A stretch of 64,000 bases of DNA, from contig NZ_DASUSQ010000037.1 of NCBI RefSeq assembly GCF_036375055.1, positions 369 to 64,368 on the forward strand, written 5' to 3'. Below the pieces are notes generated by a model. It had not been told where the DNA came from. It ran no database searches and saw only the letters and a list, made by a program, of their open reading frames with translations. Shown piece by piece: positions 8,990 to 18,185 of the stretch (positions are counted from its first letter, which is position 1; every line of letters starts with the position of its first letter). The position numbers and the translations under genes are program-made. This DNA comes from Umezawaea sp. (GTDB lineage: Bacteria > Actinomycetota > Actinomycetes > Mycobacteriales > Pseudonocardiaceae).

Positions 8990-9433
8990 TCACCCGTCCG
9001 CGGCAGGCGGCTGCTCCTCGGGCAGGTGACCGCTCAGAGCCGCCAGCAGCGCGTCCCGCTTCGGCACGCCGCCGACCCGCAGGATCTCGACCCCCGCCGA
9101 CGTCAGCGCCAGGGTCGTCGGCGTCCGCATCACGCCCAGCCCGGCGGCCACCTCGGGCAGGTTCGTCACGTCCAGGTCCACGTGGTGCAGCCCGGCGGTC
9201 CGGTCGGCCAGGTCGGCCAGCAGCACGCGCGTCTGCCTGCACGGCGTGCAGAACGTCGTCGACAGCTGGACCAGCGTCACCGGGTCGACGGGGTGCAGCA
9301 GCGCGCGGACCGGGCCCGGCAGCGCGGGCCCGGTCGGCTTCGCGGCCCTGATCCGGCCCTCGCGGGCGCGCAGCAGCAGGCCGATCGCGCCGACCGCGAC
9401 CAGCACCGCCGTCAATGCCCACACACCGGTCAT
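8990..9433 (-). CDS. membrane-anchored thioredoxin-like protein (ThiX-like)
   Basis: N-terminal TM helix plus CxxC motif (FCTPCRQT). Confidence 0.7.
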   Translation of the reverse strand: MTGVWALTAVLVAVGAIGLLLRAREGRIRAAKPTGPALPGPVRALLHPVDPVTLVQLSTTFCTPCRQTRVLLADLADRTAGLHHVDLDVTNLPEVAAGLGVMRTPTTLALTSAGVEILRVGGVPKRDALLAALSGHLPEEQPPAADG

Positions 9434-9434
9434 G

Positions 9435-10244
9435 TCACCCGTTGCCCTGGTCGAGGGGGATGTTGTCCACGGTGCCCTCCACCGTGAACGCACCACTCTC
9501 CACCTGCACGGCCGTCGGCGTCACGGTGAACGGCAGCACACCGGGGTCGATCTTGATGCTGAGCGCCTGCTTGAGCTGCTGGATGAACGGCTCCAGCGAC
9601 ACGTCGTCGATCTTGAGCTCGTTCATCGCCAGCTCGACCTGCCCGCTGACCAGCGTCACCGTCCCGTACGCGGTGAGCGAGATCTTGCGGCCCGCCAGCG
9701 TCGTGTTGCCGGTGAGCTTCACCGCGGCGGTGGTGCGCGCCGCGGCGGTGGCCGCGGCGGGCTGCCCGGCGCGCGTGTCCGGCTCGATCGCCATGTCGGT
9801 GAACGGCGTGACCTGGTTGACCAGCCGGTTCAGGTCGTTCGCCTTGATCTTGACCCGACCCTGCACCCGGTCGATCTTCGCGCCCTTGGTGTCGCCCGCC
9901 AGCAGGTTCGACAGCTCGATGCGGGTGTGCAGCAGGTTCGCCTGGATCTCCAGGTCGCGCAGCTGGTCGCGCACCGGCACGCCCGTCGCGCTGATCTCGA
10001 TGTCCTGGTAGTCGCCGTTGAGCGCCTGCGTGATGAACGGGAACCCGTTGATCCGCACCGACGGGTCCTCGGTCAGCTCCAGCTTCGTCCGCATCTTCTG
10101 CGCGACCTGGTACTCGCCCGCCGCCGCGAGCGCGAAGTCGGCGCCGACGAACAGGGCGATCAGCACCAGCACGGCGATGATCCACCTCCGGCCCCTGGAC
10201 GGGCGGCGTTTCGGGGCGGTCCTGCGGGTCGGGGCGGTCGTCAT
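9435..10244 (-). CDS. LmeA-family / DUF2993 membrane-associated lipid-binding protein (Rv0817c-like)
   Basis: N-terminal basic segment and TM (RRWIIAVLVLIALFVGADFALA), then a DUF2993-type repeat body. Start taken at M13. Confidence 0.65.
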   Translation of the reverse strand: MTTAPTRRTAPKRRPSRGRRWIIAVLVLIALFVGADFALAAAGEYQVAQKMRTKLELTEDPSVRINGFPFITQALNGDYQDIEISATGVPVRDQLRDLEIQANLLHTRIELSNLLAGDTKGAKIDRVQGRVKIKANDLNRLVNQVTPFTDMAIEPDTRAGQPAAATAAARTTAAVKLTGNTTLAGRKISLTAYGTVTLVSGQVELAMNELKIDDVSLEPFIQQLKQALSIKIDPGVLPFTVTPTAVQVESGAFTVEGTVDNIPLDQGNG

Positions 10245-10978
10245 GTCTTTCCTTCTCGTGTGGACGCTCGGTCGAGCCAAGCGGCGATCCGGTCCACCAG
10301 GACCGGGGTCATGGCCGTCTCCGCGTGCCGGGTGGCGGGTTCCAGCCAGAGTTCGGAGTGCCCGTTCGTCGCCCTGTGCAGCGCGACGGCGTGGTCCGGG
10401 CTGAAGTAGTGGTCGTCCTCACCATGGACCACCAGCAGTGGGGTGGGCGTGATCCGGTGCACGACCTCCAGCGGGCTCTCCGGGGGCGTCGTCCACCGGT
10501 CGCCCAGCCGCACGCCGAGCGCGCGGGCCGCCAGGCGGCCGTGCGGCTGCTCCAGCAGCCAGTGCACCCGGCGCATGGCCGTGGTCTCGCGCACCCACCA
10601 CCGCGACGGCCCGCTGACGGCGGCCACCGCGTCGGGTTTGTCGGACGCCAGCGCCGCGTGCCGGAGCACGATCGACGCGCCCATCGAGAAGCCCACCGCC
10701 ACGACCCGCCGGTACCCCAGGGACCGGGCCAGCGAAACCCCCGCGGCGATGTCGTGCACCTCGTCCGCGCCCACCGTGGAACGCCCGCCGGACCGTCCAT
10801 GGCCCCGGAAGTCCAGCGCGACGACGCCTCCGCGCCGGGCAAATCGATTCAGCACACGGCTCACGGCGGGCTTCCGAACGTGGTTCGTGAAGCCGTGGCC
10901 GATCACGAACGCGAGATCGGTAGCGCCGTGTGCAGGGGTTATGTGCACACCGTGCAGGAGCACGCCGTCGTGTGACAT
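10241..10978 (-). CDS. alpha/beta-fold hydrolase
   Basis: HGFTNHVRK...VAVGFSMGASIVL (GxSxG nucleophile elbow). Start uncertain; the ORF extends to 11095. Confidence 0.7.
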   Translation of the reverse strand: MSHDGVLLHGVHITPAHGATDLAFVIGHGFTNHVRKPAVSRVLNRFARRGGVVALDFRGHGRSGGRSTVGADEVHDIAAGVSLARSLGYRRVVAVGFSMGASIVLRHAALASDKPDAVAAVSGPSRWWVRETTAMRRVHWLLEQPHGRLAARALGVRLGDRWTTPPESPLEVVHRITPTPLLVVHGEDDHYFSPDHAVALHRATNGHSELWLEPATRHAETAMTPVLVDRIAAWLDRASTREGKT

Positions 10979-11151
10979 GGATGTAACAAGCGTGACGCTT
11001 GTGGAAACAACTGTGACCCTGACCTGTTGACCTGGGTCTTTCGTGGATCGCACCGGTATTGTCTCCGTCATCCGCAGGCAACGGGGCCCGGTCACCGTAC
11101 GCTGCTGGGCTGGTTCGGTGACCAGTCACCAGCCACTTAGGAGGGCCCGCG

Positions 11152-11916
11152 ATGAGCATCGACGTGCTGCTGCTGACCACCGACTCAGACCCCGAGGCGG
11201 TGCTGCCCGCGCTGTCCCTGCTGCCCCACGAGGTCCGGCCGCTCCGGCCCGAGGTCTCCGCGCTCCTGGAGGCCGGGCCGCACGACGTCGTCCTGGTCGA
11301 CGCCAGGACCGACCTGGCGGGCGCCCGCAGCCTCTGCCGCCTGCTCGACAGCAGCGGTGTCGACGTCCCGGTCGTCGCCGTCGTGACGGAGGGCGGCCTG
11401 GTGGCCGTCACGTCCGACTGGAGCGTCGACGAGATCCTGCTGCCGACCTCCGGCCCCGCCGAGGTCGACGCCCGCCTGCGCCTGGTGCGCTCCCGGCGCG
11501 GCACGGCGCAGACCGGGGGCGACGGCTCCATCCAGCTCGGTGAGCTCGTCATCGACGAGGCCACCTACACGGCCCGCCTCAAGGGCCGTCCGCTCGACCT
11601 GACCTACAAGGAGTTCGAGCTCCTGAAGTACCTCGCGCAGCACGCGGGCCGGGTCTTCACCCGCGCCCAGCTGCTCCAGGAGGTCTGGGGCTACGACTTC
11701 TTCGGCGGCACCCGCACGGTGGACGTCCACGTCCGGCGCCTCCGCGCGAAGCTCGGCCCCGAGCACGAGTCCCTCATCGGCACCGTGCGCAACGTGGGCT
11801 ACAAGTTCGTCCGCCCCCCGCGTCCGGGAGCCGTCCGCCGGGGCGGTGTTGACCAGCACGCCGACTCAGCCGACACCACGTCCTCGATCGAGGACGCGGA
11901 GTTCTTCCGGGTCTAG
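11152..11916 (+). CDS. glnR: OmpR-family orphan response regulator GlnR (global nitrogen regulator)
   Basis: Atypical receiver domain followed by the winged-helix trans_reg_C segment ([52 protein letters not shown]). Position relative to mshD and lmeA matches Mtb Rv0818. Confidence 0.8.
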   Translation: MSIDVLLLTTDSDPEAVLPALSLLPHEVRPLRPEVSALLEAGPHDVVLVDARTDLAGARSLCRLLDSSGVDVPVVAVVTEGGLVAVTSDWSVDEILLPTSGPAEVDARLRLVRSRRGTAQTGGDGSIQLGELVIDEATYTARLKGRPLDLTYKEFELLKYLAQHAGRVFTRAQLLQEVWGYDFFGGTRTVDVHVRRLRAKLGPEHESLIGTVRNVGYKFVRPPRPGAVRRGGVDQHADSADTTSSIEDAEFFRV

Positions 11917-12060
11917 CCGCCGCAGGCGCGGCGAGCCCGGTCCGACACCCCCACCCGCGTCGGACCGGGCTCGTCGTGCGTCCTCCGTCCCGGCCAACCA
12001 AGACGTCGGGAGATCCGCTTCTCGATCGCGGGCGACCCCCGACCCGGTACCGTCGCGGAC

Positions 12061-12948
12061 GTGGCGGAACTGAGCTGGTTCACCGAGTTGTCCGAGGCCC
12101 AGGCCGACGAGGTCACCGTGGTCCTGGAAGCGGCCGAGCACACCGACGGCGTGGCCCCGGTCGGCGAGCACGTCCGCCTCAGGATGAGGCCCGGCGCCCA
12201 CGGCAGCGCCCACCTCCTGGCCCGCGTGGACGGTGCCGTGGTGGGGTACGCGCACCTGGACCTGCTGGGCGACTCCGCGGGCAACCAGGTCGCCGAGTTC
12301 GTGGTGCACCCCGACCACCGCAAGCGGGGTCTGGGCGCCGAGCTGGGCGAAGCCGTGGTCGAGAAGGCCGACGGGCTGCGCGTGTGGGCCCACGGCGGCC
12401 ACCCGGACGCCGAGGCGCTGGCGACCAAGCACGGCTTCCGCAAGGTCCGCGAACTCCTGCGGATGCGCCTGCGGCTGGACGCGGACCTGCCCGTCGCCGA
12501 ACTCCCCGAGGGCGTCTCCCTCCGCTCGTTCGTCCCCGGCCAGGACGAGGCCGCGGTCGTCTACGTCAACCACCGGGCGTTCGACTGGCACCCCGAGCAG
12601 GGCGCCATGAGCATCGAGGACGTCGCCCACAAGGAAGCCGAGGACTGGTTCGACCCGAAGGGCTTCCTGCTGGCGGTCGACCCCGGAGGCACGCTGCTGG
12701 GCTTCCACTGGACCAAGGTCCACGACCTCGACGAGCCCCTCGGCGAGGTGTACGTGGTCGGGGTCGACCCCGACGCCCAGGGCGGCGGTCTCGGCAAGGC
12801 CCTGACGGTCGCCGGACTGCGCTACCTGAAGGACCAGGGACTACGCCAAGTGATGCTCTACGTGGAATCCGACAACGCAGCCGCTGTTCGGGTGTACACC
12901 CGGTTGGGGTTCACGCTGTGGGATGCCGACGTCCAGTACGGCCGGTAG
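12061..12948 (+). CDS. mshD: mycothiol synthase (tandem GNAT acetyltransferase)
   Basis: Two GNAT repeats (…VVHPDHRKRGLGAELGEAVV… and …VGVDPDAQGGGLGKALTVAGL…). GTG start. Confidence 0.85.
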   Translation: MAELSWFTELSEAQADEVTVVLEAAEHTDGVAPVGEHVRLRMRPGAHGSAHLLARVDGAVVGYAHLDLLGDSAGNQVAEFVVHPDHRKRGLGAELGEAVVEKADGLRVWAHGGHPDAEALATKHGFRKVRELLRMRLRLDADLPVAELPEGVSLRSFVPGQDEAAVVYVNHRAFDWHPEQGAMSIEDVAHKEAEDWFDPKGFLLAVDPGGTLLGFHWTKVHDLDEPLGEVYVVGVDPDAQGGGLGKALTVAGLRYLKDQGLRQVMLYVESDNAAAVRVYTRLGFTLWDADVQYGR

Positions 12949-13028
12949 TAGCCGGGCCGTCACTCCAGGCGAACGTGCAGGTCACGGACGTGTATCGATG
13001 AGCCTGTCCTGCTGACTGCCCTTGTCCT

Positions 13029-13050
13029 GTTCACCCGCCGTTCATCTCGA
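13029..13050 (+). promoter_or_regulatory. PHO box: two 11-nt direct repeat units GTTCACCcgcc GTTCATCtcga upstream of pstS (PhoP-type binding site)
   Basis: Direct repeats matching the actinobacterial PhoP consensus GTTCACC, located ~100 nt upstream of the pstS start. A degenerate third unit (CTTGTCCt) precedes them. Confidence 0.6.
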
Positions 13051-13146
13051 CTAGGGAATCCGTCCACTCTCGCTGCCTACCTTCCGTAGCGAGCGGCGAC
13101 GTCCGTCGCGAAACCGCGAAAGCTTCGGTAGGTGGAGGACCCTCAG

Positions 13147-14271
13147 GTGAAGATCCAGCGGCACGGCGCAACGCTCGGCCTCATCGCGGCCGGCGCGCTC
13201 CTGCTCACCGCGTGTGGCAGCGACAACAACGCCCCTGCGGGGTCGACGGGTGGCGCCTCGGCGGCCGCCTCGACCGAGCAGGTCGACTGCACCGGCAAGG
13301 CGAAGCTGAACGCCGAGGGCTCGTCCGCGCAGAAGACCGCGATCGAGTCCTTCGTGCAGGTCTACCAGCAGAAGTGCCAGGGCGCCGACGTCGCGTACAA
13401 CGCGTCCGGCTCCGGCGCGGGCGTGAAGCAGTTCAACGCCGCGCAGGTCGACTTCGGCGGCTCCGACTCGCCCCTCTCCAAGGACAAGGGCGAGGTCGAC
13501 GCCGCCGCCACCCGCTGCAAGTCCAACCCGGCGTGGAACCTGCCGCTGGTGTTCGGCCCCGTGGCGATCAGCTACAAGCTCGACGGCGTCACCGACCTCA
13601 CGGTCAACGGCGAGGTCGCGGCCAAGATCTTCAACGGCACGGTCAAGAAGTGGAACGACCCGGCCATCGCCGCCCTGAACAGCGGCGCGAAGCTGCCGGA
13701 CAAGGACATCACGGTCGTCTACCGCTCCGACGAGTCCGGCACCACGGACAACTTCCAGAAGTACCTGACCGCCGCCTCCAAGGGCGCGTGGACCCAGGGC
13801 GACGGCAAGGCGTTCAAGGGTGGCCTCGGCGAGGGCAAGGAGAAGTCCGCCGGTGTCGCGCAGGCCGTGGCCTCGGTCGACGGTGCGGTGACCTACGTCG
13901 AGTGGTCGTTCGCGCAGGACAACAAGCTGTCCGTGGCGAAGATCGACAACGGTGGCGGCGCGGTCGAGCTGACCCCCGAGACCGTGGGCAAGGCCATCGA
14001 CGGCGCGAAGATCAAGGGTGAGGGCAACGACCTCGTCCTCGACCTGAACTCCATCTACGCCTCCACCGCCGCGGGCACCTACCCGCTGATCCTCGCGACC
14101 TACGAGATCGTCTGCTCCAAGGGCTACGACGCCGACACCGCGAAGGCCGTCAAGGCGTTCCTCACGGTCGCCGCGACCGACGGCCAGGCAGGCCTGAGCG
14201 ACGCGGGCTACGCGCCGCTGCCCAAGGCGTTCCAGGAGAAGATCCTGACCGCCATCAAGGCCATCGCCTGA
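13147..14271 (+). CDS. pstS: phosphate ABC transporter substrate-binding lipoprotein PstS
   Basis: Lipobox LLLTACGS and PstS family sequence. GTG at 13147 is preferred because GGTGGAGGA lies 7 nt upstream; the ORF track starts at 13132. Confidence 0.9.
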   Translation: MKIQRHGATLGLIAAGALLLTACGSDNNAPAGSTGGASAAASTEQVDCTGKAKLNAEGSSAQKTAIESFVQVYQQKCQGADVAYNASGSGAGVKQFNAAQVDFGGSDSPLSKDKGEVDAAATRCKSNPAWNLPLVFGPVAISYKLDGVTDLTVNGEVAAKIFNGTVKKWNDPAIAALNSGAKLPDKDITVVYRSDESGTTDNFQKYLTAASKGAWTQGDGKAFKGGLGEGKEKSAGVAQAVASVDGAVTYVEWSFAQDNKLSVAKIDNGGGAVELTPETVGKAIDGAKIKGEGNDLVLDLNSIYASTAAGTYPLILATYEIVCSKGYDADTAKAVKAFLTVAATDGQAGLSDAGYAPLPKAFQEKILTAIKAIA

Positions 14272-14309
14272 GGTAGCCGGCAGACTCCCGAGTCGACGCC
14301 GTCAACGCG

Positions 14310-15374
14310 ATGAGCGACCCTGTCGTGGTCAAGCCCCCCGGGGGCACCGGTTCCGCCGGTGCCCCCAGGGGGGCAGCGGCCCACACCCCAGTGCCACCCC
14401 CGGAGGCTCCGATTCCGCCCCAAACGGAAGTCGAACCGAAGTCACCCCACGTCCGACCGGGAGACCGGATCTTCAAGGGTCTGGCGACCGGATCCGGCGT
14501 GTTCATCGTGGCCCTCATCGGGGCCATCGGCGTGTTCCTGCTCGTGCAGGCGATCCCGTCGCTCGCGCTGGACAACGTCAACTTCCTCTTCAGCCGCGAG
14601 TGGTCCACCGGCGACGTCGCCGACATGCGGTTCGGCATCCTCGACCTGTTCCTGGTCACCGTGGTGTCGGCCGCGTTCGCGCTGGTCATCGCCATGCCGA
14701 TCGCGCTGGGCATCGCGCTCTTCCTGACCCAGTACGCGCCGCGCAGGCTCGCCAGGCCGTTCGCCTACGTGATCGACCTGCTCGCGGCCGTCCCGTCGAT
14801 CATCTTCGGCCTGTGGGGCCTGTTCGTCCTCGGCCCGGTGCTCACGCCCATCGGCGAGTGGCTGATCTCCAGCCTCGGCTTCATCCCGCTGTTCGCCAAG
14901 GGCAACGTGAGCATCGCCCTCGGCGGCACCATCTTCACCGCGGGCATCGTCCTCGCCGTGATGATCCTGCCGATCATCACCGCCGTCAGCCGCGAGGTGT
15001 TCGACCGGACGCCCGGCCCCCACGTCGAGGGCGCCATCGCGCTGGGCGCCACCAAGTGGGAGGTCGTCCGCACCACCGTCCTGCCGTTCGGCAAGGCCGG
15101 TTACGTGAGCGCGTCGATGCTCGGCCTCGGCCGCGCGCTCGGCGAGACCATCGCGCTGACGATCATCCTGAGCGCGACCGGCTCGTCGTTCGGCTGGAGC
15201 CTCTTCGACGGCGGCGCGACGTTCGCCTCGAAGATCGCGCTGGCGGCGCCGGAGTTCAACGACCCCAGGTCCGCGGGCGCCTACATCGCCGCGGGCCTCG
15301 TCCTGTTCGTGCTGACCTTCGTGGTCAACGCGATCGCGAGGTCGATCGTCGCCGGTCACAAGGAGTACGAATGA
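14310..15374 (+). CDS. pstC: phosphate ABC transporter permease PstC
   Basis: Polytopic permease with the EAA-like loop ([14 protein letters not shown]). Confidence 0.9.
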   Translation: MSDPVVVKPPGGTGSAGAPRGAAAHTPVPPPEAPIPPQTEVEPKSPHVRPGDRIFKGLATGSGVFIVALIGAIGVFLLVQAIPSLALDNVNFLFSREWSTGDVADMRFGILDLFLVTVVSAAFALVIAMPIALGIALFLTQYAPRRLARPFAYVIDLLAAVPSIIFGLWGLFVLGPVLTPIGEWLISSLGFIPLFAKGNVSIALGGTIFTAGIVLAVMILPIITAVSREVFDRTPGPHVEGAIALGATKWEVVRTTVLPFGKAGYVSASMLGLGRALGETIALTIILSATGSSFGWSLFDGGATFASKIALAAPEFNDPRSAGAYIAAGLVLFVLTFVVNAIARSIVAGHKEYE

Positions 15375-16285
15375 GCACCGACACGGCCGACCTCTCGCGG
15401 TTGGCGACCCCGCCGACGTTCCAGAGCGTCAGCACCGGGCGGAAGGCGAAGAACCTCGCCGCGACCGTCCTGGTGAGCCTGGCGTTCCTGATCGCCGTCG
15501 TGCCGCTGGTGTGGGTGCTCTACACCGTGGTGCAGCGCGGCTTCCCGGTCGTGCTCAACGCCGACTGGTGGCAGAAGTCGTTGTCCGGCCTGCTGTCCCG
15601 GCAGTCCGGTGGCGGTGTCTACCACGCGATCTACGGCACCCTGGTGCAGGGCTTGGTCTGCGGCCTGATCTCCGTCCCCATCGGACTGTTCGTGGCGGTC
15701 TACCTGGTGGAGTACGGCGGCCGTTCGCGGCTGTCGAAGGCGACCACGTTCATGGTCGACATCCTCACCGGTGTCCCGTCGATCGTCGCGGCGCTGTTCG
15801 TCTACTCGCTGTGGATCACCACGTTCGGCTTCGGCCGCAGCGGGTTCGCGGTGTCGCTCGCCCTGGTGCTGCTGATGGTGCCGGTGATCGTGCGCACCAC
15901 CGAGGAGATGCTCAAGATCGTCCCGGACGAGCTGCGCGAGGCGTCCTACGCGCTGGGCATCCCCAAGTGGAAGACGATCGTCAAGATCGTCATCCCGACC
16001 GCCCTGTCCGGCATCCTCACCGGCATCATGCTGGCCCTCGCCAGGGTCATGGGCGAGACCGCGCCGGTGCTGGTGCTCGCCGCGTACGCCCCGTACATCA
16101 ACTACAACCTCTTCGACGGCCCGATGGCCTCGTTGCCGTTGCTGATGACGTCGGAGCGCAACAACCCCACGGAGGCGGGCTTCGACCGCATCTGGGGCGC
16201 GGCGATCACCCTTGTCCTGATCATCACGCTGTTCAACCTGCTGGCGACCGTGATCTCGCGGTGGCTCGCGCCGAAGACCAAGTGA
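15371..16285 (+). CDS. pstA: phosphate ABC transporter permease PstA
   Basis: [10 protein letters not shown]...[20 protein letters not shown] overlap with the pstC stop. Confidence 0.9.
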   Translation: MSTDTADLSRLATPPTFQSVSTGRKAKNLAATVLVSLAFLIAVVPLVWVLYTVVQRGFPVVLNADWWQKSLSGLLSRQSGGGVYHAIYGTLVQGLVCGLISVPIGLFVAVYLVEYGGRSRLSKATTFMVDILTGVPSIVAALFVYSLWITTFGFGRSGFAVSLALVLLMVPVIVRTTEEMLKIVPDELREASYALGIPKWKTIVKIVIPTALSGILTGIMLALARVMGETAPVLVLAAYAPYINYNLFDGPMASLPLLMTSERNNPTEAGFDRIWGAAITLVLIITLFNLLATVISRWLAPKTK

Positions 16286-16302
16286 GCGGGCGGTAAGTAG
16301 CG

Positions 16303-17079
16303 ATGGCGAAGCGCATCGACGTCAAGGACCTCAACCTCTTCTACGGCAAGTTCCACGCCGTGCAGCAGGTTTCGCTCTCCGTGCCGCCGCGCAACGTGAC
16401 CGCGTTCATCGGTCCGTCGGGCTGCGGCAAGTCCACCGTGCTGCGGTCGCTGAACCGCATGCACGAGGTCGCCCCCGGCGCACGGGTCGAGGGCACGGTG
16501 CAGCTGGACGGCGAGGACATCTACGCGTCCACGGTGGACCCGGTGCAGGTGCGGCGCACCATCGGCATGGTGTTCCAGCGCCCCAACCCGTTCCCCACGA
16601 TGTCCATCCGCGACAACGTGGTGGCGGGCCTGAAGCTGGCGGGCGTCAAGAACAAGAAGCAGCTCGACGAGGTGGCCGAGCGCTCGCTGCGCGGGGCCAA
16701 CCTCTGGAACGAGGTCAAGGACCGCATGGACCGCCCCGGCGGCGGCCTGTCCGGTGGCCAGCAGCAGCGCCTGTGCATCGCGCGGGCCATCGCCGTGCAG
16801 CCGGACGTCCTGCTCATGGACGAGCCGTGCTCCGCACTGGACCCCATCTCCACCTTGGCGATCGAAGACCTGATCACCGAGCTGAAGAAGGACTACACGA
16901 TCGTCATCGTGACCCACAACATGCAGCAGGCCGCCCGCGTCAGCGACCAGACGGCGTTCTTCAACCTCCTGGGCGTCGGCCAGCCCGGCCAGCTCATCGA
17001 GGTCGACGACACGGAGAAGATCTTCTCCAACCCGACCCAGAAGGCCACCGAGGACTACATCTCGGGCCGCTTCGGCTGA
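16303..17079 (+). CDS. pstB: phosphate ABC transporter ATP-binding protein PstB
   Basis: [34 protein letters not shown]. Confidence 0.95.
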   Translation: MAKRIDVKDLNLFYGKFHAVQQVSLSVPPRNVTAFIGPSGCGKSTVLRSLNRMHEVAPGARVEGTVQLDGEDIYASTVDPVQVRRTIGMVFQRPNPFPTMSIRDNVVAGLKLAGVKNKKQLDEVAERSLRGANLWNEVKDRMDRPGGGLSGGQQQRLCIARAIAVQPDVLLMDEPCSALDPISTLAIEDLITELKKDYTIVIVTHNMQQAARVSDQTAFFNLLGVGQPGQLIEVDDTEKIFSNPTQKATEDYISGRFG

Positions 17080-17094
17080 GGCCCGCACCACCCC

Positions 17095-17130
17095 GGAAGG
17101 CCCGCCCGCCAGGGCGGGCCTTCCGCGTTT
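17095..17130 (+). terminator. rho-independent terminator after pstB
   Basis: Perfect 13-bp inverted repeat GGAAGGCCCGCCC-gcca-GGGCGGGCCTTCC followed by GCGTTTT. Confidence 0.7.
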
Positions 17131-17226
17131 TCACCCGGTGTGGAACTGAGGGTTCCGCACGTCCGTCATAGCCGGGACACGGGCTGGTCCAACCGGTAGC
17201 GTGCTGGGCTGACGAGTGGGGGAACG

Positions 17227-17601
17227 GTGGCGATGAGTGTCGGGTCGATGCAGACCATGACGACCAACATGCGGAGCCTGAAGCAGGCGGCGGAATCAGG
17301 CGGCTTCGCCATCAGCCCCGAGGGCGCCGAGGCGTACGTGAAGGCGATCGAGGCGGCTCAGGCCGATTTGCGTGACGTCGACCAGGTGATGATCGCGCTT
17401 CAGCAACCGACCAAACTCGGGACCAGCCCCGATGGGCAGACCCTGAGCCGGTACAACCTGGAGAGCGCCACCGGCGGCGCGGGAACCGAGGGGATCATCC
17501 CCGCGGTGGAGCAGCTGAAGGCCGCGCTCGAGGATGCCAGGCTTGCGATGCAGAAGGCGGTCGACAACTACCGCGAAATCGATGAATCGCAGATGAAGTG
17601 A
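17227..17601 (+). CDS. small helical protein with C-terminal YxxxD/E motif (candidate type VII secretion substrate partner)
   Basis: 124 aa, predicted helix-rich, ends ...KAVDNYREIDESQMK (Y-x-x-x-D near the C-terminus). First gene of the cluster that precedes the PPE-like and EspG-like genes. Confidence 0.5.
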   Translation: MAMSVGSMQTMTTNMRSLKQAAESGGFAISPEGAEAYVKAIEAAQADLRDVDQVMIALQQPTKLGTSPDGQTLSRYNLESATGGAGTEGIIPAVEQLKAALEDARLAMQKAVDNYREIDESQMK

Positions 17602-17603
17602 GG

Positions 17604-18173
17604 ATGCAGTCGACCATGTCTCTCGTATCGCGGTCCGTCGTCTCGATCGTGGCGCTCGTTCTCGTCCTGGCGGGGTGCTCGCAGCAGGAGGGCGGCAACC
17701 CCGCTCCAGCCACGACCACGGGGATGTCGAGCACCTCCGCGGCTGAACCGACCACGCCGACCTCGTCCTCGTCCGGTGCGGGCAACGCCCTGGCGACCTT
17801 CGACGGGTGCAAGGTGCTCACCGCGGTCGCCGGGCAGTTCAGCCTGACCGACATCGAGGAGATCGCCAAGGAGCAGTGCGGTGCCAAGTACGGAGCCGTC
17901 CCGGGGGTGTCGGTCTCGCTCAGGGCTCGGCCGGACCTCGGCTACGAAGAAGCGCAGGGCGGGCCCAACGCGGAGCTCACGAACACGACCGTCGGTTCGC
18001 GCAAGGCCAAGCTGGTGAAGAAGGCCTTCTCCAGTTCTTCCTGCCTGGTCGCCGTGGAGGTCACCAGCACCTCTCGAGTGGACTTCATGTCGTCCGCGAA
18101 CGCGTCCCTCGACGACGCCTGCGCCGCTGCCACGGCCGTCGCCACCGCCGTCGAACCCTCCCTGCCGAAGTAA
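17604..18173 (+). CDS. putative lipoprotein (DUF3558-like)
   Basis: Signal plus lipobox SIVALVLVLAGCSQ, Ser/Thr/Pro-rich linker, four conserved Cys. Start ambiguous (GTG 17598, ATG 17604 or 17616). Confidence 0.55.
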   Translation: MQSTMSLVSRSVVSIVALVLVLAGCSQQEGGNPAPATTTGMSSTSAAEPTTPTSSSSGAGNALATFDGCKVLTAVAGQFSLTDIEEIAKEQCGAKYGAVPGVSVSLRARPDLGYEEAQGGPNAELTNTTVGSRKAKLVKKAFSSSSCLVAVEVTSTSRVDFMSSANASLDDACAAATAVATAVEPSLPK

Positions 18174-18185
18174 GGACGACCCGTC

